Below are positions 35,782-43,457 of a stretch of DNA of 64,000 nucleotides, piece after piece; within the stretch, counting starts at the first letter, position 1, and each line of letters begins with the position of its first letter. A program made the translations under genes and the position numbers. The notes below the pieces were generated by a model, which saw only the letters and a list, made by a program, of their open reading frames with translations, had not been told where the DNA came from and searched no databases. Source of the DNA: Clostridia bacterium (GTDB lineage: Bacteria; Bacillota; Clostridia; Oscillospirales; CAG-272); NCBI GenBank assembly GCA_017518975.1, contig JAFWTH010000140.1:23467-87466 (forward strand), read 5' to 3'.

Positions 35782-36422
35782 TCATCGTGCCCAAAATGGA
35801 CAAGCAGTTGAAACAGCCTGAACAGAGTAAGCGGCAGAAAAAAAGAAAAGGGCGGTCTGTCCAGGAGTTCATCGGCGTGAAAACGTTTACCAAATATGGT
35901 CTCATGACTCAAAAGGGAGAGCTCCTTCTCTATCTTGTCAGCCCGACCAATATCTCGGTACTGTCCCACGTCAACATCGAGATCAAGATCCGCCATCTTA
36001 TGATGGTTCTGTCTTCGATCCCCGATATTGAGATCACCTGTACGGACTCCTCCGAATGCTTTGACGATAACAAAGAGTATCTCCGCAAAAGACTTGACTG
36101 CGAGCAGAATCCGAAGGTCAGAAAACTCCTTAAAAAGGATATAGAGTTCCTTGATAACGTGCAGGTTGAAATGGCGACCGCCCGTCAGTTCCTCTTTGTT
36201 GCCAGAGTCAAAGCCTCCAAGGATAAGCAGGTCTTTGACATGGCCAACCGCGTGGAAAAGATCATCTCCGAACAGGGCTTCGAGGTCAGGAGAATGCGGA
36301 AGGGGGATATAAAGCGATTCCTCGCTTTGTATTTCGAGGCAAGCATGAACGGAGAGCAGATGCCAGACGTCGACGGTGAACAGTTCTTTGAGGTGGACGA
36401 AGATGAAGAAAGCGAAGAATAA
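35772..36422 (+). CDS. Stand-alone protein resembling the N-terminal (non-ATPase) domain of Firmicute VirB4/PrgJ-type proteins
   Basis: ...SVQEFIGVKTFTKYGLMTQKGELLLYLVSPTNISVLSHVNIEIKIRHLMMVLSSIPDIEITCTDS...ARQFLFVARV... follows the pattern of VirB4 N-domains. There are no Walker motifs. Confidence 0.45.
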   Translation: MEVIIVPKMDKQLKQPEQSKRQKKRKGRSVQEFIGVKTFTKYGLMTQKGELLLYLVSPTNISVLSHVNIEIKIRHLMMVLSSIPDIEITCTDSSECFDDNKEYLRKRLDCEQNPKVRKLLKKDIEFLDNVQVEMATARQFLFVARVKASKDKQVFDMANRVEKIISEQGFEVRRMRKGDIKRFLALYFEASMNGEQMPDVDGEQFFEVDEDEESEE

Positions 36423-37389
36423 CCGGAGGCGTTTTCTTGTCATTCTCTGTTTTCTGCTGTTGGCGGCAGCGGTTTTCTGCGGAATTGAAATCCTTCGGGA
36501 GCATAACAGCCGCAAAAAGGATATAGAGAATTTCGCCGAGCTTTCGAAACTGGCAGAAATACCGGATTCGGGTGAATCGAGGTATATCGCGGATAAAGAA
36601 ACGAAAAGCGAAGATGACGCCGATGCGAACAAGTCGGAGGGATCCGGAGTCCATTCAGGCTCGATTTTCCATGACGTCCCTCTTCTTATCAGTATGAACA
36701 GCGACTGTATTGGATGGCTCTCTATCGAGAAAACCACTGTGAACTACCCGGTTATGTGCACACCGGGGTGGCCTCAGAAGTATCTTCGAATGAATTTCTA
36801 TCAGCAGTGCAGTGACTCAGGCGTCCCGTTTCTGGATTCCCGCTGTACTCCCGACAGCGACAACCTCATTATCTATGGGCACAACATGAAAAACGGAACC
36901 ATGTTCTCCTCTCTCGTGGAGTATGTGAATGAGGGACGCATTCCTTCAACCCGGCGGATCCTGTTCGAAACTGAAGACGGAGCGCATGAATTCGAGATCA
37001 TTGCGGTCACTGTCGTTGATAAGTCGGACTCATGGTACAGTTTTATCAACGCGGGATCGGAAGACGGATTCAATGAAACTGTGCAAAGGATTATCAGTAA
37101 AGCAAGTATCTGGAACGGTGAGGCCCCCCATTACGGCGACCGTCTTCTGACACTGTCCACATGTTATGGCAGCAGGAACAGTCGCCTGATTATCATTGCA
37201 AAGGAGGTAAACGCAATTGGCATTCGGCAAACCGAAAATGATGACTCCTGCACAGATGGAGAAGATCAGGGCGAAGGATTTCTTCGACATGATCCTGCCC
37301 GGGTCCGTGAAGTTTTTATCCGACCACTATGTTGTTGGAGACAGTTACCGATCCGTGTGGGTCATCCGGGAATATCCCCCGTCCACTGA
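36403..37389 (+). CDS. srtB: Class B sortase (the C-terminal ~60 aa probably read through into duplicated virB4 sequence)
   Basis: ATG 36403 follows GAGGTGGA. The N-terminal TM anchor is followed by ...IIYGHNMKNGTMF... (catalytic His) and ...LLTLSTCYGS... (catalytic Cys). The homology-like part ends near IIIAKEV (about 37210), and the frame then stays open to 37389. Confidence 0.7.
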   Translation: MKKAKNNRRRFLVILCFLLLAAAVFCGIEILREHNSRKKDIENFAELSKLAEIPDSGESRYIADKETKSEDDADANKSEGSGVHSGSIFHDVPLLISMNSDCIGWLSIEKTTVNYPVMCTPGWPQKYLRMNFYQQCSDSGVPFLDSRCTPDSDNLIIYGHNMKNGTMFSSLVEYVNEGRIPSTRRILFETEDGAHEFEIIAVTVVDKSDSWYSFINAGSEDGFNETVQRIISKASIWNGEAPHYGDRLLTLSTCYGSRNSRLIIIAKEVNAIGIRQTENDDSCTDGEDQGEGFLRHDPARVREVFIRPLCCWRQLPIRVGHPGISPVH

Positions 37390-37435
37390 AGAACAGGCCA
37401 TTCTGTCACAGCTCACTACATGTACAGCCATATAG
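37217..37435 (+). pseudogene. Truncated duplicate of the virB4 5' end (72 codons)
   Basis: A TTG start follows AAGGAGG. MAFGKPKMMTPAQMEKIRAKDFFDMILPGSVKFLSDHYVVGDSYRSVWVIREYPPSTEEQAILSQL is almost identical to residues 1-65 of the intact VirB4 at 38044. 37234-37414 duplicates 38061-38241. Confidence 0.75.
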
Positions 37436-37441
37436 AAAAGG

Positions 37442-37469
37442 TTGACAAACGAATCAAACTTGGTACAAT
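37442..37469 (+). promoter_or_regulatory. Consensus extended -10 sigma-70-type promoter (TTGACA-N16-TGgTACAAT)
   Basis: -35 TTGACA at 37442-37447, TG at 37461-37462, -10 TACAAT at 37464-37469. It lies inside the 37420 ORF, so the real NTase CDS must start downstream. Confidence 0.65.
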
Positions 37470-37503
37470 AGATGTAGATACAGAAGATAGGGGGGTGACA
37501 ATC

Positions 37504-37905
37504 TTGAAGACAACAGTGTCAGCCGAGAAAAAGACGCGCGTGTTTCCCGTTGTAACAAGTGGAGATGACACAATAAAGTATGTCTTTCCTACTAAGCAAA
37601 GAGCTGCGCAGAAGGCGATTGATCTTGCAAAAGAAGATGAACGAATAAAGAGATTGATTGTCTTTGGCAGTGCAGTGACAATGCGTTGCGGTATGATAAG
37701 CGATATTGATATTGCCATTGATGCCCCTGATATAAGCGAAGATGAGTTTATGAAAATGGCTCGGAGATTTTACCGGGAGATCGACTCCGAAGTAAACGTG
37801 ATCCACTACAACGACATCCACAACAAACTCTTGCTGAAGGAGATAGACGAGAAAGGCGTAAATATCTATATTTGCGAAAATGAAGGCCCGCAGATGACTA
37901 TGTAA
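37504..37905 (+). CDS. Minimal nucleotidyltransferase (second MNT-type copy), ends ...EGPQMTM
   Basis: TTG 37504 (or GTG 37495) follows AGGGGGG. VFGSAVTMRCGMISDIDIAIDAPD is the GS...DxD NTase motif. Confidence 0.6.
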   Translation: MKTTVSAEKKTRVFPVVTSGDDTIKYVFPTKQRAAQKAIDLAKEDERIKRLIVFGSAVTMRCGMISDIDIAIDAPDISEDEFMKMARRFYREIDSEVNVIHYNDIHNKLLLKEIDEKGVNIYICENEGPQMTM

Positions 37906-37930
37906 AATCTAAAGACAAAAATGAATATCG

Positions 37931-37967
37931 GCCGCTTTGTTTCAAAACGCAAAGCGGCTGTTTTTTT
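37931..37967 (+). terminator. Rho-independent terminator after the second NTase gene
   Basis: GCCGCTTTG / CAAAGCGGC stem followed by TG-TTTTTTT. Confidence 0.7.
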
Positions 37968-37975
37968 GCCCTTCT

Positions 37976-38027
37976 GCATCGCAGAATTGCATCGCAGAAT
38001 TGCATCGCAGAATGGCATCGCAGAACG
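37976..38027 (+). repeat. Four tandem 13-bp repeats, GCATCGCAGAA(T/C)(T/G)
   Basis: GCATCGCAGAATT x2, then GCATCGCAGAATG and GCATCGCAGAACG, ending 8 nt before the GAAGGAGGG RBS of virB4. Confidence 0.8.
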
Positions 38028-38043
38028 GCAGAAGGAGGGAAAA

Positions 38044-39876
38044 ATGTTTAAACCTAAAGTGAAAATGATGACTCCGGCACAGATGGAGAAAATCCGAACG
38101 AAAGATTTCTTCGATATGATCCTGCCCGGGTCCGTGAAGTTTTTATCCGACCACTATGTTGTTGGAGACAGCTACCGATCCGTGTGGGTCATCCGGGAAT
38201 ATCCCCCGTCCACTGAAGAACAGGCCATTCTGTCTCAGCTCGCAGACAGAAGCGGCGTGACGCTCCGTATCTACCACCGTCTGGTGGAGAGCATGGAGCA
38301 AAGGAAAATAATACAGAACGCTACCAGGAGAAACAAGCTCAAAAGCGGAGGAAATGACGTCAACGAGACCATTGAAGCCGAAGGAAACCTTCAGGATGTG
38401 ATCGAACTTCTCGCCAACCTTCGCAAAAACAAAGAACCGCTTCTGCACTGCAGTGTGTTCATTGAACTGAAAGCGAGAAATATGGACGCGCTGAGAGAAC
38501 TGCAAAGCGATATCGCGATGGAACTGACAAGATCAAAGATCTCCGTCGACAGACTGACCTTGCGTCAGAAAGAGGGATTTTTGTCCGTAATACCGACGGG
38601 ATATAACCAGTTCGGGGCGCAGTATGAACGAGTTCTTCCCGCGTCCAGTGTGGCAAACCTTTATCCGTTCAACTTCTCAGGAAAGACTGACCCCCAGGGA
38701 TTGTATATCGGAAGAGACAAGTACGGGACGAACATCCTCGTTGACTTTGACCGCCGTGCGGAGGACAAGACCACAAGCAACGTTCTGATTCTCGGAAACA
38801 GCGGTCAGGGTAAGAGTTATCTCCTGAAACTGATCCTGACCAACATCCGCGAATCGGGCAAAGCAATCATCTGCCTTGACCCTGAGTCAGAGTATGAAGA
38901 ACTCTGTAACGCTCTCGGCGGTTGCTACATCGATTTCATGAGCGGCGAGTATACCATCAACCCGCTGGAACCGAAAGCGTGGACAGACGTCGTCGAGGAT
39001 ATCGACGCCACCACGCCGGAAGCATTCAAAAAAGTCACAAGGTTGTCACAGCACATCGCATTTCTTAAAGATTTCTTTCGCAGCTATAAGGACTTTTCCG
39101 ATACGCAGATCGATACCATCGAGATTCTTCTCTCCAAACTGTACGCACGGTTCGGTATTACAGACACTACCGACTACAGCACGAAGAAACCCACGGACTT
39201 CCCCATCATGGAAGACTTCTACAAACTGTGCGAAGAAGAGTTCTACAGTTATGACAGACAGAGGAAGTATCTCTACACGGAAGACACTCTGCAGGACGTA
39301 TGCCTCGGAATCCACTCCATGTGCGTCGGGGCCGAGTCCAAATATTTCAACGGACACACCAACATCACGGACAGCCATTTCCTTGTGTTCGGCGTGAAAG
39401 GCCTGATGGATACAAACAAGCGGCTCAAGGACGCCATGCTATTCAACATTCTGTCCTTCATGAGCAATCAGCTTCTCGGGCAGGGCAACACAGCCGCGAG
39501 CATCGACGAGCTCTATCTGTTTCTTACCAATATGACGGCAATCGAATATATCAGGAACGCAATGAAGCGCGTCCGTAAAAAAGACTCCTCGATAATTCTG
39601 GCAAGCCAGAACATCGAGGATTTTTTGATTCCGTCCATCCGGGAATTCACGAAGCCGCTGTTCAGCATTCCTACTCATCAGTTCCTGTTCAACCCTGGCC
39701 AGATAAATCCGAAGGAATATATGGACGCTCTGCAGGTCGAGCCGTCAGAGTTCGAACTCATCAAATACCCCGAAAGAGGTACATGCCTGTTCCGGTGCGG
39801 TAACGAGAGATATCTTCTGCAGGTCATCGCCCCCGACTACAAGGCCGCCCTGTTCGGGAAAGCCGGAGGTCGGTGA
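38044..39876 (+). CDS. virB4: VirB4-family conjugation ATPase
   Basis: ATG 38044 follows GAAGGAGGG. The ORF-track extension to 37921 runs through a terminator and the tandem repeats. Walker A is LILGNSGQGKSY, the Walker B-like motif is IDELYLF, and ...IILASQN... is present. The N-domain pattern is FFDMILPGSVKFLSDHYVVGDSYRSVWVIREYPP. Confidence 0.85.
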   Translation: MFKPKVKMMTPAQMEKIRTKDFFDMILPGSVKFLSDHYVVGDSYRSVWVIREYPPSTEEQAILSQLADRSGVTLRIYHRLVESMEQRKIIQNATRRNKLKSGGNDVNETIEAEGNLQDVIELLANLRKNKEPLLHCSVFIELKARNMDALRELQSDIAMELTRSKISVDRLTLRQKEGFLSVIPTGYNQFGAQYERVLPASSVANLYPFNFSGKTDPQGLYIGRDKYGTNILVDFDRRAEDKTTSNVLILGNSGQGKSYLLKLILTNIRESGKAIICLDPESEYEELCNALGGCYIDFMSGEYTINPLEPKAWTDVVEDIDATTPEAFKKVTRLSQHIAFLKDFFRSYKDFSDTQIDTIEILLSKLYARFGITDTTDYSTKKPTDFPIMEDFYKLCEEEFYSYDRQRKYLYTEDTLQDVCLGIHSMCVGAESKYFNGHTNITDSHFLVFGVKGLMDTNKRLKDAMLFNILSFMSNQLLGQGNTAASIDELYLFLTNMTAIEYIRNAMKRVRKKDSSIILASQNIEDFLIPSIREFTKPLFSIPTHQFLFNPGQINPKEYMDALQVEPSEFELIKYPERGTCLFRCGNERYLLQVIAPDYKAALFGKAGGR

Positions 39877-41417
39877 TGAGTGCAACAGTTGCCGCGGCGC
39901 TCAAGAAGATCGCCGTTACGGTAGCGACAAACAAGAAGCTGAGAAACAAGGCGATAATGATCATCCTCATTGTTCTGTTTATCATTCTGTTTCCCTTTAT
40001 GGCAATCATTGCTATTTCCAAAGGGGACGTCTCCATCGATACAAACCGTCTTCAGGCGCTTGTTATTCAGAACTTGTCAGAGGAAGAAACAGCACGACTT
40101 CAGCACGTCGAAGATACTATGTATGCAATCGAAGACGAAATGACAGAGGCCGGTTTTGACAGCCAACGTGTCAAAGAGGCGCAAGTGCTATACGTGCTTG
40201 CGCTTTCTCATTTCTCGGAGGAAGATGGGTTCGTTGACAAACTGGTCGGGTGTTTTGAAAAAGATCAGTCGGATGCGGAACTCATCTCTGCCGTGAACGA
40301 ATCCTTCGGTACGGATCTTTCCGACAAAGATTTCACTAACCTTATGAATTCGATTCGTGCTGTGGAAATATCGACCGAAGGATATATTGATCCCTACACC
40401 AAGAACAACCTTGATCTGGTGATATGGGCGAAGAACGCGTACTCCAAAGAATGGGGATATGTTTGCGGAACATTCGGACAGGTGTTGACCCGAAGTCTGT
40501 TTAAGGCAAAAGTCGAACAATACCCTGACGGAGTCGGTCAGTACGCGGAATTCATAGAAAAGCATTGGCTTGGAAGACGGACGGCTGACTGCATCGGGCT
40601 GATCAAAGGGTACAGTTGGTTCGACCCCGAGACAGGCGAGATCGAGTATATAACAAACGGGATGCCGGACATAAGCGTGGAGGCTATGTTTGAGAATGCC
40701 ATCGAAAAAGGAACCATTGACTCCATGCCGGAAATACCCGGTCTTGCTGTTTGGCAGGAAGGACATATCGGAATCTATATAGGCGACGGTCAGGTCGTCC
40801 ATGCAAGTCAGACCGAAGTGGGTATTCTACAAACGCCTATCAACGAAGGGGCGTGGACCCACTGGCTTAAGATCCCGTATATCACCTATTACGAAGACGA
40901 TCTGAATGAGTCTCCGGATGAGAAGCACATATGGAATGTTCTTCTGGAAGAGATCAACAACCCATACGGTGTGGCCGGTCTGATGGGGAATCTGTATGCC
41001 GAAAGCGGACTGCGTGCAAACAACCTTGAAGACGGATATGAGGAAACACTCGGATTTACCGACGCTTCCTACACGAAAGCAGTTGATAAAGGAAACTATT
41101 CTGATTTCGGAACGGACAGCGCAGGATACGGCCTAGCGCAGTGGACGGTTGAAAGCCGGAAGACTCCTCTGCTCGCTTATGCGAAAAAGAAGGAGAAGTC
41201 CGTCGGTGATCTGGATATGCAGCTTGCTTTTCTGTGTGACGAACTTGAAACAAAATTCCCCGACGTTCTGTCAGCTCTTAAAAAGGCGAAGTCAGTTCGT
41301 GAGGCGTCAGATTACGTTCTGATCCATTTTGAAGCTCCTCTGGATCAGAGTGAAACAGTCAGAATCCGGAGAGCGGCAAACGGAAGTGCGTATTTCAATC
41401 GCTACGGGAAACAGTAA
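39873..41417 (+). CDS. T4SS cell-wall hydrolase: TM anchor, NlpC/P60 (C40) endopeptidase and lysozyme-like domain
   Basis: The N-terminal TM segment is followed by ...RRTADCIGLIKGY...GHIGIYIGDGQVVHA (NlpC/P60 Cys/His). The C-terminal part is NPYGVAGLMGNLYAESGL...GYGLAQWT... (phage-tail-lysozyme-like). Confidence 0.8.
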   Translation: MMSATVAAALKKIAVTVATNKKLRNKAIMIILIVLFIILFPFMAIIAISKGDVSIDTNRLQALVIQNLSEEETARLQHVEDTMYAIEDEMTEAGFDSQRVKEAQVLYVLALSHFSEEDGFVDKLVGCFEKDQSDAELISAVNESFGTDLSDKDFTNLMNSIRAVEISTEGYIDPYTKNNLDLVIWAKNAYSKEWGYVCGTFGQVLTRSLFKAKVEQYPDGVGQYAEFIEKHWLGRRTADCIGLIKGYSWFDPETGEIEYITNGMPDISVEAMFENAIEKGTIDSMPEIPGLAVWQEGHIGIYIGDGQVVHASQTEVGILQTPINEGAWTHWLKIPYITYYEDDLNESPDEKHIWNVLLEEINNPYGVAGLMGNLYAESGLRANNLEDGYEETLGFTDASYTKAVDKGNYSDFGTDSAGYGLAQWTVESRKTPLLAYAKKKEKSVGDLDMQLAFLCDELETKFPDVLSALKKAKSVREASDYVLIHFEAPLDQSETVRIRRAANGSAYFNRYGKQ

Positions 41418-41437
41418 AAAACTTGGAGGAAACCACT

Positions 41438-41857
41438 ATGGACAAAGAAAAAGAAACAGGGACTATGACGGGAACACCTATGACCGTCAATGTTCAGTTG
41501 AGGAATAAGCAGGAAACTATCAGAACGGAATGTTGTGAGATCGCATGTGTAGTAGAACTCTCAAATGCGGAGTTCTGTAATTTCAGGAGACGTCCGCTTT
41601 CTGACCGTGATTTCATAAAAGATCATTTGCAAGAGTTGAAATCCGATAAACTCAATCCCATACCATGTATGCTTGTTCTCGGTGAAGGGGTTGATGACGG
41701 AATACTTGTCGATCCGGAAGGATATGACTATGCTCGCTACACAGCGTACATCCCTATGGCGCGGCAGCTCTTTCAGAATGAGCAGATTGAATGTGAGGAC
41801 GAAGCTTCCAAGGAAGATGGTCTGGAAGAAGAACCCTTTCAAGGGATGACCATGTGA
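41438..41857 (+). CDS. Conserved conjugative-element hypothetical protein, ends ...PFQGMTM
   Basis: ATG 41438 follows GGAGGAAA. ...MLVLGEGVDDGILVDPEGYDYARYTAYIPMARQLF is a motif recalled from clostridial ICE proteins. Confidence 0.55.
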   Translation: MDKEKETGTMTGTPMTVNVQLRNKQETIRTECCEIACVVELSNAEFCNFRRRPLSDRDFIKDHLQELKSDKLNPIPCMLVLGEGVDDGILVDPEGYDYARYTAYIPMARQLFQNEQIECEDEASKEDGLEEEPFQGMTM

Positions 41858-41868
41858 GGTGATGATCT

Positions 41869-42135
41869 GTGGCGCACGGAAAAATGAAATCGGTGTACGG
41901 AATATATAGGAAGCACGGCCGCGATCAGTTCCTTGACGCGGCCGGTTACTATTCCTGTCACGTCCATCCCGACAGCATCGAAAAAACCATTGATGAAATG
42001 GAGTCCCGATGGTACGACGCAAAGCACAGGCAGACCGAGGCCGAGAAAATGGTCGAGGACTACAACAACGGACTCACAATTCTCAACGACGCCTCACTCG
42101 CTTGCGTCGATACCGGATTCGGAATGACTATGTAA
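41869..42135 (+). CDS. Hypothetical protein, ends ...DTGFGMTM
   Basis: GTG 41869 follows GAGGTGATGA. 88 aa with no recognisable domain. Confidence 0.45.
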   Translation: MAHGKMKSVYGIYRKHGRDQFLDAAGYYSCHVHPDSIEKTIDEMESRWYDAKHRQTEAEKMVEDYNNGLTILNDASLACVDTGFGMTM

Positions 42136-42148
42136 GGAGATGAGTCAA

Positions 42149-42403
42149 ATGAAAAAGATCTCAGTCAGCGTATCCTACGATGAAGAAAAACTCTCCACCC
42201 TCAGACTGTACCTTGAACAGAAAGGGGTACTGGTCGAGGACGAGCTGACCAAATCGCTGGATACGCTCTATGCAAAGAACGTACCCGCTGGCGTCAGAGA
42301 GTTCCTATGTCTGCGCTCCGGTAATGCGGAGCCTCCCGCTCCGAAGGTGCGGAAGCAGAAAGCAGAGCCGAGACCGACCGCGGAGGTGACCGATCATGAC
42401 TGA
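42149..42403 (+). CDS. DUF6103-like small protein
   Basis: MKKISVSVSYDEEKLSTLRLYLEQKGVLVEDELTKSLDTLYAKNVPAGVREFL. ATG 42149 is better spaced from TAAGGAG than ATG 42140. Confidence 0.5.
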   Translation: MKKISVSVSYDEEKLSTLRLYLEQKGVLVEDELTKSLDTLYAKNVPAGVREFLCLRSGNAEPPAPKVRKQKAEPRPTAEVTDHD

Positions 42404-43070
42404 CGAAGAACTCGTTTTGTATTTCAACGAACACAAGCTCACAAAGCTGGAAAGTTATCTGCTGAAGGAAGGAAGCAGCGTTGAACACGAGCTCCAGAAT
42501 CTGCTCGACCGTTTCTATGAGCAGACAGTACCCGAGCATGAGCGCATGGAGGTGGAAGCGCAGATCGAGTTGGAGAGAGAACGTGAAGCTGCTGTGCGGG
42601 AAGCCGCGCGTCGTTTTGCAGTCGTTCATTTCCATGAAGGAGATGACGACTTTTTCTTTACCTCGGAACTGCGCAACAGCTTTTACAGTATCGCCAACCT
42701 GTACCGCTCCACTCTGAAAGACGAGATCGGGAAATACACGCTGGACAGTATTGCGCAGAGCAACTTCAGCGGATGCCAGCCGATCAACGATGTGACGTTC
42801 TCTGTTCTGTGCAACGCCATGCCGAATGATCCGAGGATCACCGCGCTCGTAGAGTTTGACTTCAGCCACAACACCGTGAGCGTCTGCGAGAGCAGCGACA
42901 ATGCGTGGTGGACGTACAACCTCAAAGATGTGTCGACGGCGATGTATAAGGCGGAGCGCAAAGAAGGCTTGTCCCTGGACGCCAGGCACGAAATCTTTGC
43001 CACCGCTCTCGAGGGAAAAGAGATCACCTTCGATGAGGGCGAAGACGAGAGTCCCGGTCTGCAGATGTAG
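42396..43070 (+). CDS. Hypothetical protein with a DUF6103-like N-terminus, ends ...ESPGLQM
   Basis: The N-terminus (LVLYFNEHKLTKLESYLLKEGSSVEHELQNLLDRFYEQTVPEHER) parallels the preceding small protein. 224 aa. Confidence 0.5.
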   Translation: MTDEELVLYFNEHKLTKLESYLLKEGSSVEHELQNLLDRFYEQTVPEHERMEVEAQIELEREREAAVREAARRFAVVHFHEGDDDFFFTSELRNSFYSIANLYRSTLKDEIGKYTLDSIAQSNFSGCQPINDVTFSVLCNAMPNDPRITALVEFDFSHNTVSVCESSDNAWWTYNLKDVSTAMYKAERKEGLSLDARHEIFATALEGKEITFDEGEDESPGLQM

Positions 43071-43204
43071 CCCACCGTGGGAGCCGTGAACCCCCTGTGT
43101 CGGCTTTTTGGGCGCAGGACAGCCAGCAACCCGCTGCGAGAGTTAAAACCGAATTTGAGGCGGTTTCGGGCAGACGTTCAGAGCCGCGATGATACCCATT
43201 CGGA

Positions 43205-43440
43205 GGATTTTCGACAGGGTCGAAAATCAAGCGGGAGAAAGAGGTGGTGCCGTAATACGGCTTCCTCCTCAGCTTACAGCGGACGGCAATGCCGACCGCA
43301 CAAGGGTTTTTGACGGTTTTGCCCCGCAAAGAATAACGGTGCCGTATTTCACACCTTGACGCTGGGATACGGTGCCGTAATTCCCGAAACCGCCGATTTC
43401 ACAAGGATATTCTACGGTGCCGTGAACGGTGCCGCCCAAG
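43205..43440 (+). promoter_or_regulatory. Candidate oriT / relaxosome-binding region
   Basis: This is a 388-bp noncoding gap upstream of the accessory and relaxase genes. It has five copies of GGTGCCG(T/C) (43246, 43338, 43371, 43416, 43428). It also has the palindrome GCCGTAATACGGC and the hairpin GATTTTCGAC-AGG-GTCGAAAATC (43205-43229). Confidence 0.45.
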
Positions 43441-43457
43441 GAACAGGAGTGATACCG

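Noticed and set aside
6163-38027. CRISPR array among the various short tandem repeats (6163-6206, 12939-13000, 37976-38027)
   Set aside because: The repeat units are 10-13 bp and directly abutting, without unique spacers, and no cas genes are present.
37921-38043. N-terminal extension of VirB4 given by the ORF track (start 37921)
   Set aside because: The extension translates a rho-independent terminator and the 13-bp tandem repeats. A strong RBS plus ATG at 38044 aligns with the duplicated virB4 start at 37217.
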